DNA from: Hormiphora californensis
Lineage: Eukaryota > Animalia > Ctenophora
Assembly: GCA_020137815.1 (NCBI GenBank)
Contig: CM035354.1
Coordinates: 5,332,001-5,396,000, forward strand
Reading direction: 5' to 3'
Length of the DNA: 64,000 nt
This document shows positions 1 to 15,784 of this stretch, piece after piece. Every line of letters starts with the position of its first letter. Position 1 is the first letter of the stretch. The notes under the pieces were generated by a model that saw nothing but the letters and a program-made list of their open reading frames with translations, made no database searches and was not told the DNA's origin. Made by a program: the position numbers and the translations under genes.

Positions 1-420
1 GGTTGGTAACCCAAAAGATTAGGTTCCAAAAGGGTTGTATCTACGCAATGCTGCTATCTCTGGGTACTCCCGTTGGCATTGTTCTGGGCGTGACCGTGGA
101 GGCGAAACTAAATGGCAGTATTTTAGATCTTGTCTCAGCAACCATACAGGTATGGAGCCACTACTCGAGTTCTTTTTGTTTAGAAACCAAGTATTGATGT
201 TCTAAAACCTGTCCTAATATTTCATCTTCCCATCCAGGCACTAGGAATTGGAATTTTCCTCTACATCACCTTTGCAGAGATCCTCTTCCCCGAACTAAAG
301 GACAAGCAGAACATGCACTACAAGATACCTATCATTTGTCTAGGGATACTGGTGATCGGGTGCGCCTCTCTGCTGCACGACCACAACCATGGCAGTCACG
401 AGGGTCATGATCACGATTAG
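1..420 (+). CDS. ZIP (SLC39) zinc transporter, last two exons (<1-149, 238-420)
   Basis: GT-AG intron 150-237. Translation ..TPVGIVLG..SATIQ|ALGIGIFLYITFAEILFPEL.. matches the ZIP TM6-TM8 signature (TPxGxxxG, GxFLYIxxxE). His-rich tail HDHNHGSHEGHDHD, stop TAG at 418-420. Confidence 0.85.
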
Positions 421-1025
421 GGAGAGAGACACATTAGTGTGTGCAGATAGAGACAGATAGAGTCAGAAGAAGATAGAAGATGGTAGAAGAAGAGAAAGAG
501 AGAGAGGGGAGAGAGATGTAGAAGAAGAGATAGATAGAGAGACAGATAGACCCACGAATCGCCTAATGACAGATAGCTAAAGTCTTGTCACCATACTTAA
601 ATCATTGATTGAAGCTCTAAGCTTTTTAGAAGCTTACCAACCTATTTTCTAACACAGCACCCTTTTTTGTTTTTTATGTACCTTTTCTTTTTTGTATAAA
701 AAGTGTTATATCTTTCTTATCTGTAGTATTTATAAATAGTACAATTCTCAACTTAAATTCAAAACTTAATATGTTAATCCATTCTTTTATCTGCTGTATT
801 TATTCCTGTTTTTTATGCTAACTTATAACATGCTGTGAAAAGTGTCAAATCTTTACACGCGCTGTTAACTTGTCTCTATGTAAAAAGTGTTAAGATAATA
901 TTTTCTAAATTGATTCAAAGAAATTCGTGTCTCAGTTTTCCACAGCCAGAACAAGACTGCATTCTGTAATTTCGGCCTGGTTAGGAGAGCCTCTCCAGGG
1001 AGAGGCAGTCTTTTGTGAGAGTGTA

Positions 1026-1255
1026 CAGTTCAGTTCAGTTCAGTTCAAGAATTAGTGAAAACACAGGATACATTAAAATAATAAAAACACACGGTCAGCT
1101 CAGCGAACATAAAATCACACAAGAATGTTACGAGCGCAGCACCACTCCAATATTGAATTGCTGTTGGCTTGAGCAGGGTAACCGCTGACAGGGGGTGTGT
1201 CAGGAAAAGTGGAGAGAAAACTACCCAACTGAGATTTGAACTGGTGAAGCCTCTT
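1026..1255 (-). mobile_element. 5'-truncated LINE (CR1/L2-like) 3' end
   Basis: Minus-strand translation FKSQLGSFLSTFPDTPPVSGYPAQANSNSILEW resembles the C-terminus of CR1-group ORF2. It is followed by a short UTR and a tandem (CTGAA)4 tail at 1026-1047. Confidence 0.6.
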
Positions 1256-1794
1256 TTACAGTTCGTGTACTATCATGGCCGTGGTATAACCAGACCGGCG
1301 ATGCAATTCTTCGTTCATGTCAACTCTCATCCAAGTCCAGGCTGTCCAATAACACAGTGCAGCACACGAATGTACAATGTATTCCAGCGCGCACCACCCA
1401 GTTTGGATGTCACCGCGCGTCACATAACAACACCTCACAATACAACCTGATCCGATCAGTTTCATAACATGAGCATTACATTGAGAATATTTTGGCGTAA
1501 CTCGGTTTGGTGAGAGGCCTGTTACACGATTATAGAATGGATAAATCAGTATTCCTATGACAACATGTATCCATATGAATCTACTAGCTGTTACCGGTCT
1601 CAGCTCGGCCAGAGTGTTCCTCCATGATAACAGTGTGGTCCCTAGCAACAAAATGACTTATCACAATTCATTCAATTTTCTCAACCATACCTTCATTTTA
1701 CACATTATAGCGCTCGTGTGTCTCCTTTCAGTTTCATGAGCCCTTAGTCCCCTGTCCAGACTGCATGTCATGTCTTTCAACCACACCAATCACT

Positions 1795-2080
<286 letters not shown>

Positions 2081-2322
2081 CCACTCTCGTGCAATAGTTT
2101 TATGTGATGGTGTAACAAGCACACAATGATTTTCTAACAGTCCTACACACGCTTATCTGCTACACTGGGCTTTACTCTGTCAAGTTCTGTTTTGTTATTT
2201 CTAACCCTGTGACTTCACCTGTTTTCGCAGGCAACAACCCGATCTGAGCGTACTATTTCAAAACGAGGTCTGGTGCCGCGAGACAGGTGAATTAACTATC
2301 ACCTCCAACGGCTCAGTATATC

Positions 2323-7603
<5,281 letters not shown>

Positions 7604-7929
7604 ATACTGAATATTATTATGTCAGTGGTTATTTTCTGGTAATTATTTAGAGATACTATTCTATACATGTATTTTCAATTCAATGTTGAACAATATTTGC
7701 GTTGTCGCCTACCTACTTGAGAATGGGACATGACCCAAAAAGTGAAAATAACAACAAATATCAAACTATTTTGAGAAAAGGCAAAGCTACCAATGCTAGA
7801 AATCCGATATGTCCTGCCATTTTGTATGAACTGTCAACTGCAAAGAAAATACAAATAATCAAATTCATTAGAAAATGGTGATATACACCTTCATCCAACG
7901 CGACTTTCGTCTCTGAAAGTATTCGAAAC

Positions 7930-8136
7930 GCTCGAAAAGTGGCACGCGCAAAAACGAAGTCAATGCGCGCTAAGAATATTTCGTGCGCGCTGAAAAATTT
8001 GAAACGAACTCGACCTCACAAAATCTCAAAATTTAAAAAATCTTTAACCTTTTCGTTGGAATGCGCTGCAGCCCCCTCATGCGCGCACCCCCGCAACGAT
8101 ATATTATATTATAAGGGGCCTGCAACGTATGCCAAA
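7930..8136 (+). promoter_or_regulatory. CpG/GCGC-rich putative promoter upstream of the first GK5-like gene
   Basis: Clustered GCGCGC motifs, plus GGGGCCTGCAACGTATGCCAAA (8115-8136), which recurs almost identically at 36097-36118 upstream of the V-ATPase gene. Confidence 0.45.
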
Positions 8137-8295
8137 CCTTTTCGTTTTTAGTCCGTCGTTTCCATCCTCATAAAGCGCCCTTTTATCATGATTCTTCATG
8201 TTGTGGTATATTTTTACGCCTGATTTTACGTCTATCGATTCTTTTTTAGGCGGTATGACTAGATAAAACTTAAAAAACGATGCTGAAAGAAGAAA

Positions 8296-9854
8296 ATGGT
8301 CAACCAGGGGAAAAAAGATCTGATTTTGTCTATCGATGTGGGCACTACAAACTGTCGAGCCGCTGTTATAGATAGTCATGGGAAAATATTAGCACTTGCT
8401 TTTGAGCCCATTGTTCTCTTGATGCCCCAGAAAGGCTGGTTTGAGATTTGTCCCCACAAACTATGGAGCGACATATTGCGGTTGATCGAAACTGTAACTG
8501 CGTCTTACAAAAGCAGAATTCTAACATGTGGTCTGTCGGTACAAAGGAACACGTTTATAACTTGGCACCGTGAGACAGGGGAATACTTGCACAACTTCAT
8601 CACGTGGCTGGACATGAGATCCACGGGAATGTGTAATAACTGGAACAACAGCTACATGATAAATGCAGGGAAATGGATAGCATGGGCTCTGGGTTGTGTA
8701 GTCAGATCACGACACATGATATGTGCTTCCACATTTGCAGTGAAAGGAGAAAGCGATCCCTATGCGGTTAAAATGGGTCATGGACAACATCCCCCGGGCT
8801 CGACACCTCGCAAACGAAAATAAGCTGTGTTTTGGGACAATTGAGACATGGTTAGTTTGGAAACTAACTGGAGGGACGGTGTGGGCTACAGACTACAGCT
8901 GTGCCAGTAGTACTGGGATATTTGATATTTGGAAGAAATGTTGGTGTCCCAATAATGACCTTTCTGTTCTCCAACCCCCGAGAAATACTCCCTGAGGTTC
9001 GGGACTCTGACTCGAACTTTGGAAAGATAGCCAAAAGCCATGGACTGGGTTTTTCATGTCCTATAACGGGTGTTATAGGAGACCAACAGGCGTCAATATT
9101 TGGGAACCTGCTTTTTAACGAGGGAGATATAAAGTTGACACTCGGTACTGGGATTGCGTGTAATGTGAACACTGGACCTCGAACACACCCTACTTCCCAC
9201 TCCATCTACCCGCTAATAGGATGGAAGTTGGTCGGGCAGGATACCTCTTACATTGCCGAGTTACTAGCAGCAAACGGTGGTAGAGCAGTTGAATGGGTGG
9301 TAAAATCAGGTCTAATTGATCAAATTGAGAATGTTGATAAAGTAGCTAGATCAGTACCGAACTCAGCTGGTGTTTCCTTCATCCCAGCGTTCAATGGTAT
9401 GGAGGTACCCTATCGAGACCCATTTGCTGGGACATCCCTGTTTGGGATCTCTCTCCGCACCAAAACCAGCCACATAGTCCGTGCTGTCCTCGAGTCCCAG
9501 GGGTTTATCAGTAAGCACGTGTTAGACCTGGTGTTTGGGTACTACGGGAAACCATCCCATATCCGGGTGGATGGGGGTGCCTCCCAGTCTGGATTCATCC
9601 TGGAACAAGTATCATCTCTATCAGAGGTGGAGCTGGAGAGGAGTGAGTGTGTTGAGGGGAGTCTGATGGGGGCAGCACTATTGGCTGGGTTGGGTGTGGG
9701 GTTGTATACCTCACTAGACGACATCAGGAGGAATGTGGTGTTGCAGTGTTCCAGGATTGACAACACAGGAGGTAGTGATGAGCTGAAGGAGGGGTATGAG
9801 GCGTGGAGAGAGAGTGCTGAACGGTGTGTAGACTGGACCAAGAAACTGCCATAG
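8296..9854 (+). CDS. GK5: Glycerol kinase 5-like FGGY kinase, intronless, two +1 frameshifts (~8750, ~8949)
   Basis: DVGTT, SVQRNTFITWHRETGEYLHNFITWLD (GK5-type), FGTIETWLVWKLTGG, TDYSCASSTG, GDQQASIFG, KLTLGTG, RAVLES, VDGGAS. Both frame breaks are one extra base in a homopolymer (GAAAG, TCCCA). Confidence 0.85.
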
Positions 9855-9861
9855 CCAATTT

Positions 9862-9970
9862 CAGGAACCGACCGAAGTAGGAAATACTGGTCCCTGATTG
9901 GCTGATAACCAGTCACGTGACCTAAATAACGAGTTCTGATTGGTTGTTTACTTATTTCGGTCGGTTCCTG
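9862..9970. mobile_element. 109-bp hAT-like MITE
   Basis: TIRs CAGGAACCGACCGAA / TTCGGTCGGTTCCTG. 8-bp TSD GCCAATTT at 9854-9861 and 9971-9978. Confidence 0.85.
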
Positions 9971-10552
9971 GCCAATTTCCTCGTTATTACCTGGAGAATC
10001 TAGAAGGCGCTGCTGCAGCTGAGTAGGAGAGATGATCTAAAATCAATTTTGTTACGGGGGGATAGTTATTACATACATTAGCTATAGCAATTATTAGTTT
10101 GTGTGTGTGTTTTTTGTTATACTGTTAATTTGTTGTATTTATGTGTTTTATAACTTCTCTATTCAGGACATCCGATTATTATATATTTATCAGAAAGTTA
10201 GAATGTACAATGTGAGTAAAAGTGAGATTGTTAGGTGAGATTGTAGAGAGTCAGAGAAAACAAAACAAAACAATGAAAAGGTAGTAGTCGAGTGTGTGTA
10301 AAAGTGTGCCCTTTTTTACAAATCAAAGAAGTATGTGAGAGTGTGATTTCTCTGTATTGTTGTTATTGATGATCTAGTTTGTACAGTTACATTTAGTAGT
10401 TTTAGCTACACACCTCGTTTCCTACCACCTATCCCCTCAATCTTCTTAGTTCTTCCCCCGATACCTATTCTCTCCAACAACTCCATGGCCCACTCCCTTT
10501 TCTCTCGATCAATATCCCCATTCCCCACTCAGCTCCTCTCCCTTTTCCCTAA

Positions 10553-10812
10553 ATTAATAACCCCACTCCACTCCCTATTCCCTCTATTAATATCCCCACT
10601 CCACTCCCTATTCTCTCCAATAATAACCCCACTCCACTCCCTATTCTCTCCAATAATAACCCCACTCCACTCCCTATTCTCTCCAATAATAACCCCACTC
10701 CACTCCCTATTCTCTCCAATAATAACCCCATTCCACTCCCTATTCTCTCCAATAATAACCCCATTCCACTCCCTATTCTCTCCAATAATAACCCCACTCC
10801 ACTCCCTATTCT
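10553..10812. repeat. 33-bp minisatellite (~8 copies, degenerate copies back to ~10460)
   Basis: Unit CTCCAATAATAACCCCACTCCACTCCCTATTCT repeated head-to-tail with no spacers. Confidence 0.95.
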
Positions 10813-10873
10813 AGGTATCATGGGAGGCTGGTGGGAGTGCGGTTAAATTCAAAACAAACAAACCTTCTTTAAA

Positions 10874-12361
10874 ATGCCTCAAACTATCATAGCCCTTGAT
10901 ATCGGCACAACTAACATCAAAGCAGCCCTAATATCATCCTCCACTGTCCACTTATCCCGGTCCTGTCCTCTCAAAACCGTGATATCTGGAGACCGGGTGG
11001 AGATAGACCCGCTCCTCCTTTGGGTCGATGTCCAGAGGTTGATACGCGAGGTCGGGGATGGGGCTGAGGTTGTTGATGGGATTGGGATCTCAACTCACCG
11101 AGGTACCTTTGTGACATGCGATAGGGAGACTGGAGTTCCTCTTCATAACTTGATAACCTGGGCCGATAGGAGAGCTGTTGGGTTGTGTGATCAGTATAAT
11201 GCCAGTTATACAAGTAGGATTGGTAAATCGTTGCTATGGTTACTTGGGAAAGTCACTGGCTCCTCTCACCTGACCTGTCTATCGACGTTTGATGTTAGTG
11301 CTGCAAATGTGCATTTTAGGTACGCCTGGGTTCTTGGAAATGTGGCCAAAACTCAGGAACTGATAGCAAAGGATCGGTTAGTTTTTGCAACCCTCGACTG
11401 TTGGCTAGTGTACAAGCTAACTGGTAACTGGAGGACTGATTACTCAAATGCTGCTGCAACGGGGCTGTATGATATGTGGGGTGGTATGTGGGGAATGGAT
11501 TGGTGTCCGTTAATGTCCGTTGTATTTGGACACCCTCGCTCCCCCTTTCCCGAGGTTCTCCCTAGTGATGGACACTTTGGGGTGACTCGTGTCCTTGGTA
11601 ACCCATCTGTTCCAGTGTGTGGTATTATAGCTGATATGCAATCATCCCATATTGGTAACTGTGTAACTGATCGGTTGCACCTCAAGGTAACCATGGGAAC
11701 GTGCATCTCTTGTTCCCTAGTAACAGGTCCGGATATCCACCCTAGTGCCAACACGATATTTCCACAGCTCGCCTGGAAGTGGAGAGGAGAGGAGCCATGG
11801 TACCAGGCGGAGAGCATGACCAAGAAGTTAGAAGGTTGGAAGATTGATATCTTGGTATCGAGTGGATTGGTTGAAAGCCTATCGGATGTGGATGATATAG
11901 CTAGCTCAGTGGATATCGAGGAATGTCCCTATTTTGTTGCGGATAGTCCACTGGACGACCCTCGTAAAGGCATGAGAGAGCTACAAGATCACCATTCCCC
12001 AGCCCACCTTGTAAGAGCGGTTCTAGAAGCCCATGCCTTCACTGCTGCATGTCTGGTTATGGAGTTAAGGGAGTTCTACACCACCTCCCCTCCCTTAGTT
12101 GTTGTTGATGGGGGTGCCAGTAAGTCCCGTGTTATCCTGCAGACTATAGCTGACGTGACGGGAGTGGAAGTTCAACAAGCGAGGAGGGTTGATGGTGCTC
12201 TTTATGGTGCTTACAGGGTGGCAGCCAGGGGTCTGGGAATCGAAGTTGGGGAGGAGCAAAAGGAGACGACTTCAGGACGGGTATTTGAAAGTGTAGACGG
12301 GGAGAGAAGAAACGGAATTTTGAAACGGTTTAATGTATGGCGTGATTTTAGTGGTTTTTAA
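10874..12361 (+). CDS. Second, divergent GK5-like FGGY kinase, intronless, 495 aa
   Basis: Intact ORF with DIGTTNIKA, ISTHRGTF..LHNLITWADRRA, FATLDCWLVYKLTG, TDYSNAAATG, RAVLEA, VDGGASKS. Confidence 0.88.
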   Translation: MPQTIIALDIGTTNIKAALISSSTVHLSRSCPLKTVISGDRVEIDPLLLWVDVQRLIREVGDGAEVVDGIGISTHRGTFVTCDRETGVPLHNLITWADRRAVGLCDQYNASYTSRIGKSLLWLLGKVTGSSHLTCLSTFDVSAANVHFRYAWVLGNVAKTQELIAKDRLVFATLDCWLVYKLTGNWRTDYSNAAATGLYDMWGGMWGMDWCPLMSVVFGHPRSPFPEVLPSDGHFGVTRVLGNPSVPVCGIIADMQSSHIGNCVTDRLHLKVTMGTCISCSLVTGPDIHPSANTIFPQLAWKWRGEEPWYQAESMTKKLEGWKIDILVSSGLVESLSDVDDIASSVDIEECPYFVADSPLDDPRKGMRELQDHHSPAHLVRAVLEAHAFTAACLVMELREFYTTSPPLVVVDGGASKSRVILQTIADVTGVEVQQARRVDGALYGAYRVAARGLGIEVGEEQKETTSGRVFESVDGERRNGILKRFNVWRDFSGF

Positions 12362-12686
12362 TTTGTATTTTTTTATTATCAAGCGGGTTTTAGTAGACTG
12401 TAGATTTAATCTGTGTATTTTAATTGAGTGTATAAATAACTACGATTATATCTGTATCTGTATTTTATCCTAGCATCGGGTTTTTAAATCATATCTAAGT
12501 CTGGAGTTTTTTATCATACCTATGAAGTTTATCGTCATGTAGTAACATGGTTTTTATCTCACACTGGAGTTTCATGTTAACTAATCTGGTTTTATATTTC
12601 ACATTTGTATTACGCAAGAGTTTTTATTCTCCAATTCTCTAATTTCAGTTCTACACTGTTCTTTGTTATTCTACCTCGCCCCTCCC

Positions 12687-13134
12687 AGTAGTATAGTGTG
12701 CACAGTAGGGACCCCTTTTTGACGCGAACAGGGGGAAACTGCCTCATGACGTCACAAGTAACGTGATATGAAACACCTGTGCACCGTGAATATTTCTTAA
12801 CATGTTGCGCTGGCTAGATGAAATATTGCGCTGACAAGGGCCACCGAGTGTGAGCACTTAAAATGAGCACTTTTTTGTGCTCCGATAACAATTTTTGATC
12901 TTGGAGATAAAATAAGCTTGTTCGCAACCTAGCAATAGACTCGATAATAGTAAAACGCTGACAAGGGCCACAGGATTGGCCGTGTGAATACAGAGGGAGT
13001 ATGACGTCACTCGGCATATTATGAAGTAATCATGAATGATCATTCAGTGACAGTGAATGATCATTAATGATCATGAATGATCATTTTAAGGTCATTTTAG
13101 AGGTAGAGACAAACAAGCAACTCGTTTTTTAAGG
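12687..13134 (+). repeat. Left terminal inverted repeat of mini-Polinton
   Basis: Reverse complement of 15785-16230, except a 36-bp block (12975-13010) and a few inner-end mismatches. Confidence 0.95.
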
Positions 13135-13158
13135 GTTATTCAAATTTATATTTTAAAA

Positions 13159-13575
13159 TTAAATTTCTCGAAAATGCAACGCTATCACAGTCGGGAAGTC
13201 CTGTATAATCTCATTTGAAAATTTTAAATCTTGATTTTTGACATTGCGTATATCGAATTCCATTTCAATTATAGCTGAGCGAGAGACAGTTCTGTATGTT
13301 GGGTTAGTAAACTCGTGATGATTGTAGCCCTCATTCAGTCCAAACGGGAAGATACCCATAAATCTCCGCTTTTCATGATTTACGTTTGTGGGATGAACCA
13401 TATTAGAGTAGATAAGTCCTAATTTCCTTCCCGCAGGTAAGTCATCATTTGATGGAGTTGCAATCGATATACTTTTTATTGCAACTTGATACATTTTAGA
13501 TAGATCAAGAGCTTCTTCTAGCTCAACCGTGAAGTTGGCGGGATTTTGTTCATTACTGCATACGATTACATCCAT
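13159..13575 (-). CDS. Polinton minor capsid protein (penton, single jelly-roll), 138 aa
   Basis: NPANFTVELEEALDL..YQVAIKSI; IYSNMV..NV; FTNPTYRTV..IIEMEFDIRN..L.F; TVIALHFRE. This follows the Maverick/adintovirus penton pattern (NxxxxFTxxL..YEVAL; IYxDxV; PxYxxV; IxIxIRD; LHFR). Confidence 0.85.
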   Translation of the reverse strand: MDVIVCSNEQNPANFTVELEEALDLSKMYQVAIKSISIATPSNDDLPAGRKLGLIYSNMVHPTNVNHEKRRFMGIFPFGLNEGYNHHEFTNPTYRTVSRSAIIEMEFDIRNVKNQDLKFSNEIIQDFPTVIALHFREI

Positions 13576-13611
13576 CTTTCTTTTGTATTGACTTATTATA
13601 TGTACTTAAAT

Positions 13612-14030
13612 ACTAATTACTGTGCCCAGAACTCTCCCTTGAACTGTCGCTTCTGCCTTCAGAATCGTATTCTTCACTTGAAGTTGAATCGGGATCACCA
13701 GGTGAATTGTACGACTTACTCGGACTGTCGAATATTAGGGTGGGAAACTTTTGTTTGACCAATTTAATGATCAGTTTGATTGCTAGCTCAAGATTTTTGT
13801 CAAATACTTCGCTGAGGCTTTTTTCGCAATCAACAATTTGATGGCTTTAACCGTTCCTTTTCCGCCGTTGTTAGTACAATATCCCCATCTAGAACTGCTT
13901 TCATCATTAACATGATTAACGATTCATTGCTCTCGCATTCCGATCGGAAATCAGTATTGTGGTATCGGCTCTTATGTGTAGCCAGGCTGTGTTTAGTTGA
14001 AAACATTCGATTGCAATACATACACTCCAT
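13612..14030 (-). CDS. C2H2 zinc-finger protein of the element (66-aa ORF 13830-14030; probably ~140 aa across a frameshift at ~13846)
   Basis: CMYC-x12-HKSRYH zinc finger. Adding one A at TTAAAG joins an open frame AIKLLIAKKASAKYL...SSEEYDSEGRSDSSRESSGHSN*. Confidence 0.65.
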
Positions 14031-14068
14031 GACAAATGACGACGATGATCATTTGATGAACATCCAGG

Positions 14069-14080
14069 CTATATATATAG
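14069..14080. promoter_or_regulatory. Bidirectional TATA-like element between the divergent element genes
   Basis: Palindromic CTATATATATAG lies ~27-40 nt from both the minus-strand ATG (14030) and the plus-strand ATG (14107). A further TATAAAAG at 14421-14428 precedes the capsid ATG. Confidence 0.55.
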
Positions 14081-14106
14081 GACTTACAGCTAAAAAATAA
14101 TCAATC

Positions 14107-14418
14107 ATGCGTGTGCCTTATGTCGATGTTACTCCCAATCCCGCAGTCTACGACCAAGCACTTTCACGGGAACTCGGTGTCTATTCGAATCAATCAGGTG
14201 CTGGAATAGGAGGTTTTTTGAAAAAAATATTCAAAACTGTAATTCCAATCGGGAAGACTATTCTAAAACAAGGATTTGAAATAGCAAAACCCGGTTTACA
14301 AGAAGCTGGACATCAGCTTGTCGGAGCAGCTAGTAATTATGCAGCAAAGCAAATTGAGACTGGAACTAATAAACTTACTAACAAGCTTGGAAAAAGAAGA
14401 TATGGTCAGTTATCATAA
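14107..14418 (+). CDS. Small Polinton virion protein with glycine cleavage motif and amphipathic helix (adenovirus pVI/pX-like), 103 aa
   Basis: NQSGAGIGG followed by the amphipathic FLKKIFKTVIPIGKTILKQG and a basic C-terminus (KLGKRR). Lies directly upstream of the major capsid gene. Confidence 0.7.
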   Translation: MRVPYVDVTPNPAVYDQALSRELGVYSNQSGAGIGGFLKKIFKTVIPIGKTILKQGFEIAKPGLQEAGHQLVGAASNYAAKQIETGTNKLTNKLGKRRYGQLS

Positions 14419-14454
14419 ACTATAAAAGGCTTGCAATGGGACAGAGGAGTAACT

Positions 14455-15753
14455 ATGACTAAGTATATTAAGTCTGCAGAGGGATTTCCCTCTCAACTAC
14501 ATCTATGGGATCCTCAGCCCACCCAGGCAGCCATTGTAGAGACAAAATGGGTAGATGTTTATCCCTCCAACTCACTTGAGTACTCTGATGAAATAAATTT
14601 TACAATCCCATCTATGGAAAGTTTCATGTTGGAAAGTGTTGACATTTTCACAGAACTTCGGGTTCTTACAGCAACTGGGACAAATCCAGCAGCTGATCAA
14701 AATGTGTCAACTGCACCACATCTTGCTGCAAGTTTGTGGAGGAATGTTGAGGTTGAGGTTGGCGGTGTACCGTTAGTTCAATCTTATGAGAATGCCTACG
14801 GGATGTTCAAGTTCTGGGATGATGTTATTCACAACAGTCACGATTCGAAACCTTTGATTAAGAGGAGAGAAGGATTGCTCCTTGATACTGTGGGCGATAA
14901 AGACGGAAGTGAAAACTTGGTCTTCTATCCAACAACAGGAAGCCCCAAAAATGCAAGTGGCCAAGAAAGAGCTAAAGTTATTGAAGAGGGTAAGAAAGTT
15001 TACCTGAGATCGGAGTTCAATATACCTTTGTTCAAGCAAGGAAAACTTCTTCCATCGGAGGTAACGTACCATGTGAAGTTAACGAAAAACAACTCTGGTT
15101 ATATTCTCCTGGCGGCTGATACTAACACTGATGAAGTTCATTTCAACAAAGTAATTCTAAGATGTACTTTCCAGCGCCCTAGAGATGCTATTATTTCTGC
15201 TATAGAAAGACGACTTGTAAAAGAAAGGGCGATTTATCATGCAGATAAGAAAATCATGACTACCTTCCCAGTTTCAAATGGAACCACCAACATTCAAATT
15301 GATAATCTCCTTAATGGACCACTACCTTATTTCTTTCTCGTCTGTGTACAAGATAGAAATGCTCTCATTGGAAATAAGCGTAGTAAAAATCCCTATTCTC
15401 TCCGTTTAGTAAAATCAGCTCAACTTTATGTCAATGGAAAAGAGCATTTTCCCCGAGCTTTGGAAATGACCGATCATTTAGAGACAAATATGCTGGCTGA
15501 ATTTGTTCTGGAAACTGGTAGCAAAGCAGATTCTTTGGTTTGTCACCATTACCGAGTTTATCCTGCATTGGCTTTTGATCTAACGCAAGACAAAACGCAG
15601 AATCAACATGGGTTAAACTTGGGACGAAGTGGGAATGTTAGTTTATCTTTGGAAATGCTTCGGGAGCCAACTGAAGATTTGGTGGTTATTGTTTTGGCTT
15701 GGTATGAACAAATTATTGAAGTTAACAAAAACCGTCAGTTCTTTATTGTATAA
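14455..15753 (+). CDS. Polinton/adintovirus major capsid protein (double jelly-roll, hexon-like), 432 aa from the first ATG
   Basis: LHLWDPQPTQAAIVETKWVDVYP..INFTIP; SLWRNVEVEVGG; LFKQGKLLPSEV; DNLLNGPLP..NKRSKNPYSL; AFDLTQD; GNVSLSLE; IVLAWYEQIIEVNKNR. These are colinear with the Maverick MCP motif series. No internal stops. Confidence 0.9.
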   Translation: MTKYIKSAEGFPSQLHLWDPQPTQAAIVETKWVDVYPSNSLEYSDEINFTIPSMESFMLESVDIFTELRVLTATGTNPAADQNVSTAPHLAASLWRNVEVEVGGVPLVQSYENAYGMFKFWDDVIHNSHDSKPLIKRREGLLLDTVGDKDGSENLVFYPTTGSPKNASGQERAKVIEEGKKVYLRSEFNIPLFKQGKLLPSEVTYHVKLTKNNSGYILLAADTNTDEVHFNKVILRCTFQRPRDAIISAIERRLVKERAIYHADKKIMTTFPVSNGTTNIQIDNLLNGPLPYFFLVCVQDRNALIGNKRSKNPYSLRLVKSAQLYVNGKEHFPRALEMTDHLETNMLAEFVLETGSKADSLVCHHYRVYPALAFDLTQDKTQNQHGLNLGRSGNVSLSLEMLREPTEDLVVIVLAWYEQIIEVNKNRQFFIV

Positions 15754-15784
15754 CCTTAGATTATGTGAAATATATATTTGATAT

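Noticed and set aside
10485-10821. 33-bp repeats as a CRISPR array or repeat protein
   Set aside because: Head-to-tail units with no unique spacers, no cas genes and a eukaryotic context. The ORFs arise only because 33 is divisible by 3.
8296-12361. Bacterial horizontal transfer of the intronless kinases
   Set aside because: The motifs (HNFITW, and the insertion after the W-D-R motif) are of the animal GK5 type rather than GlpK.
12814-13043. ORFs inside the Polinton TIR
   Set aside because: Short, without motifs, and disrupted in the other TIR copy.
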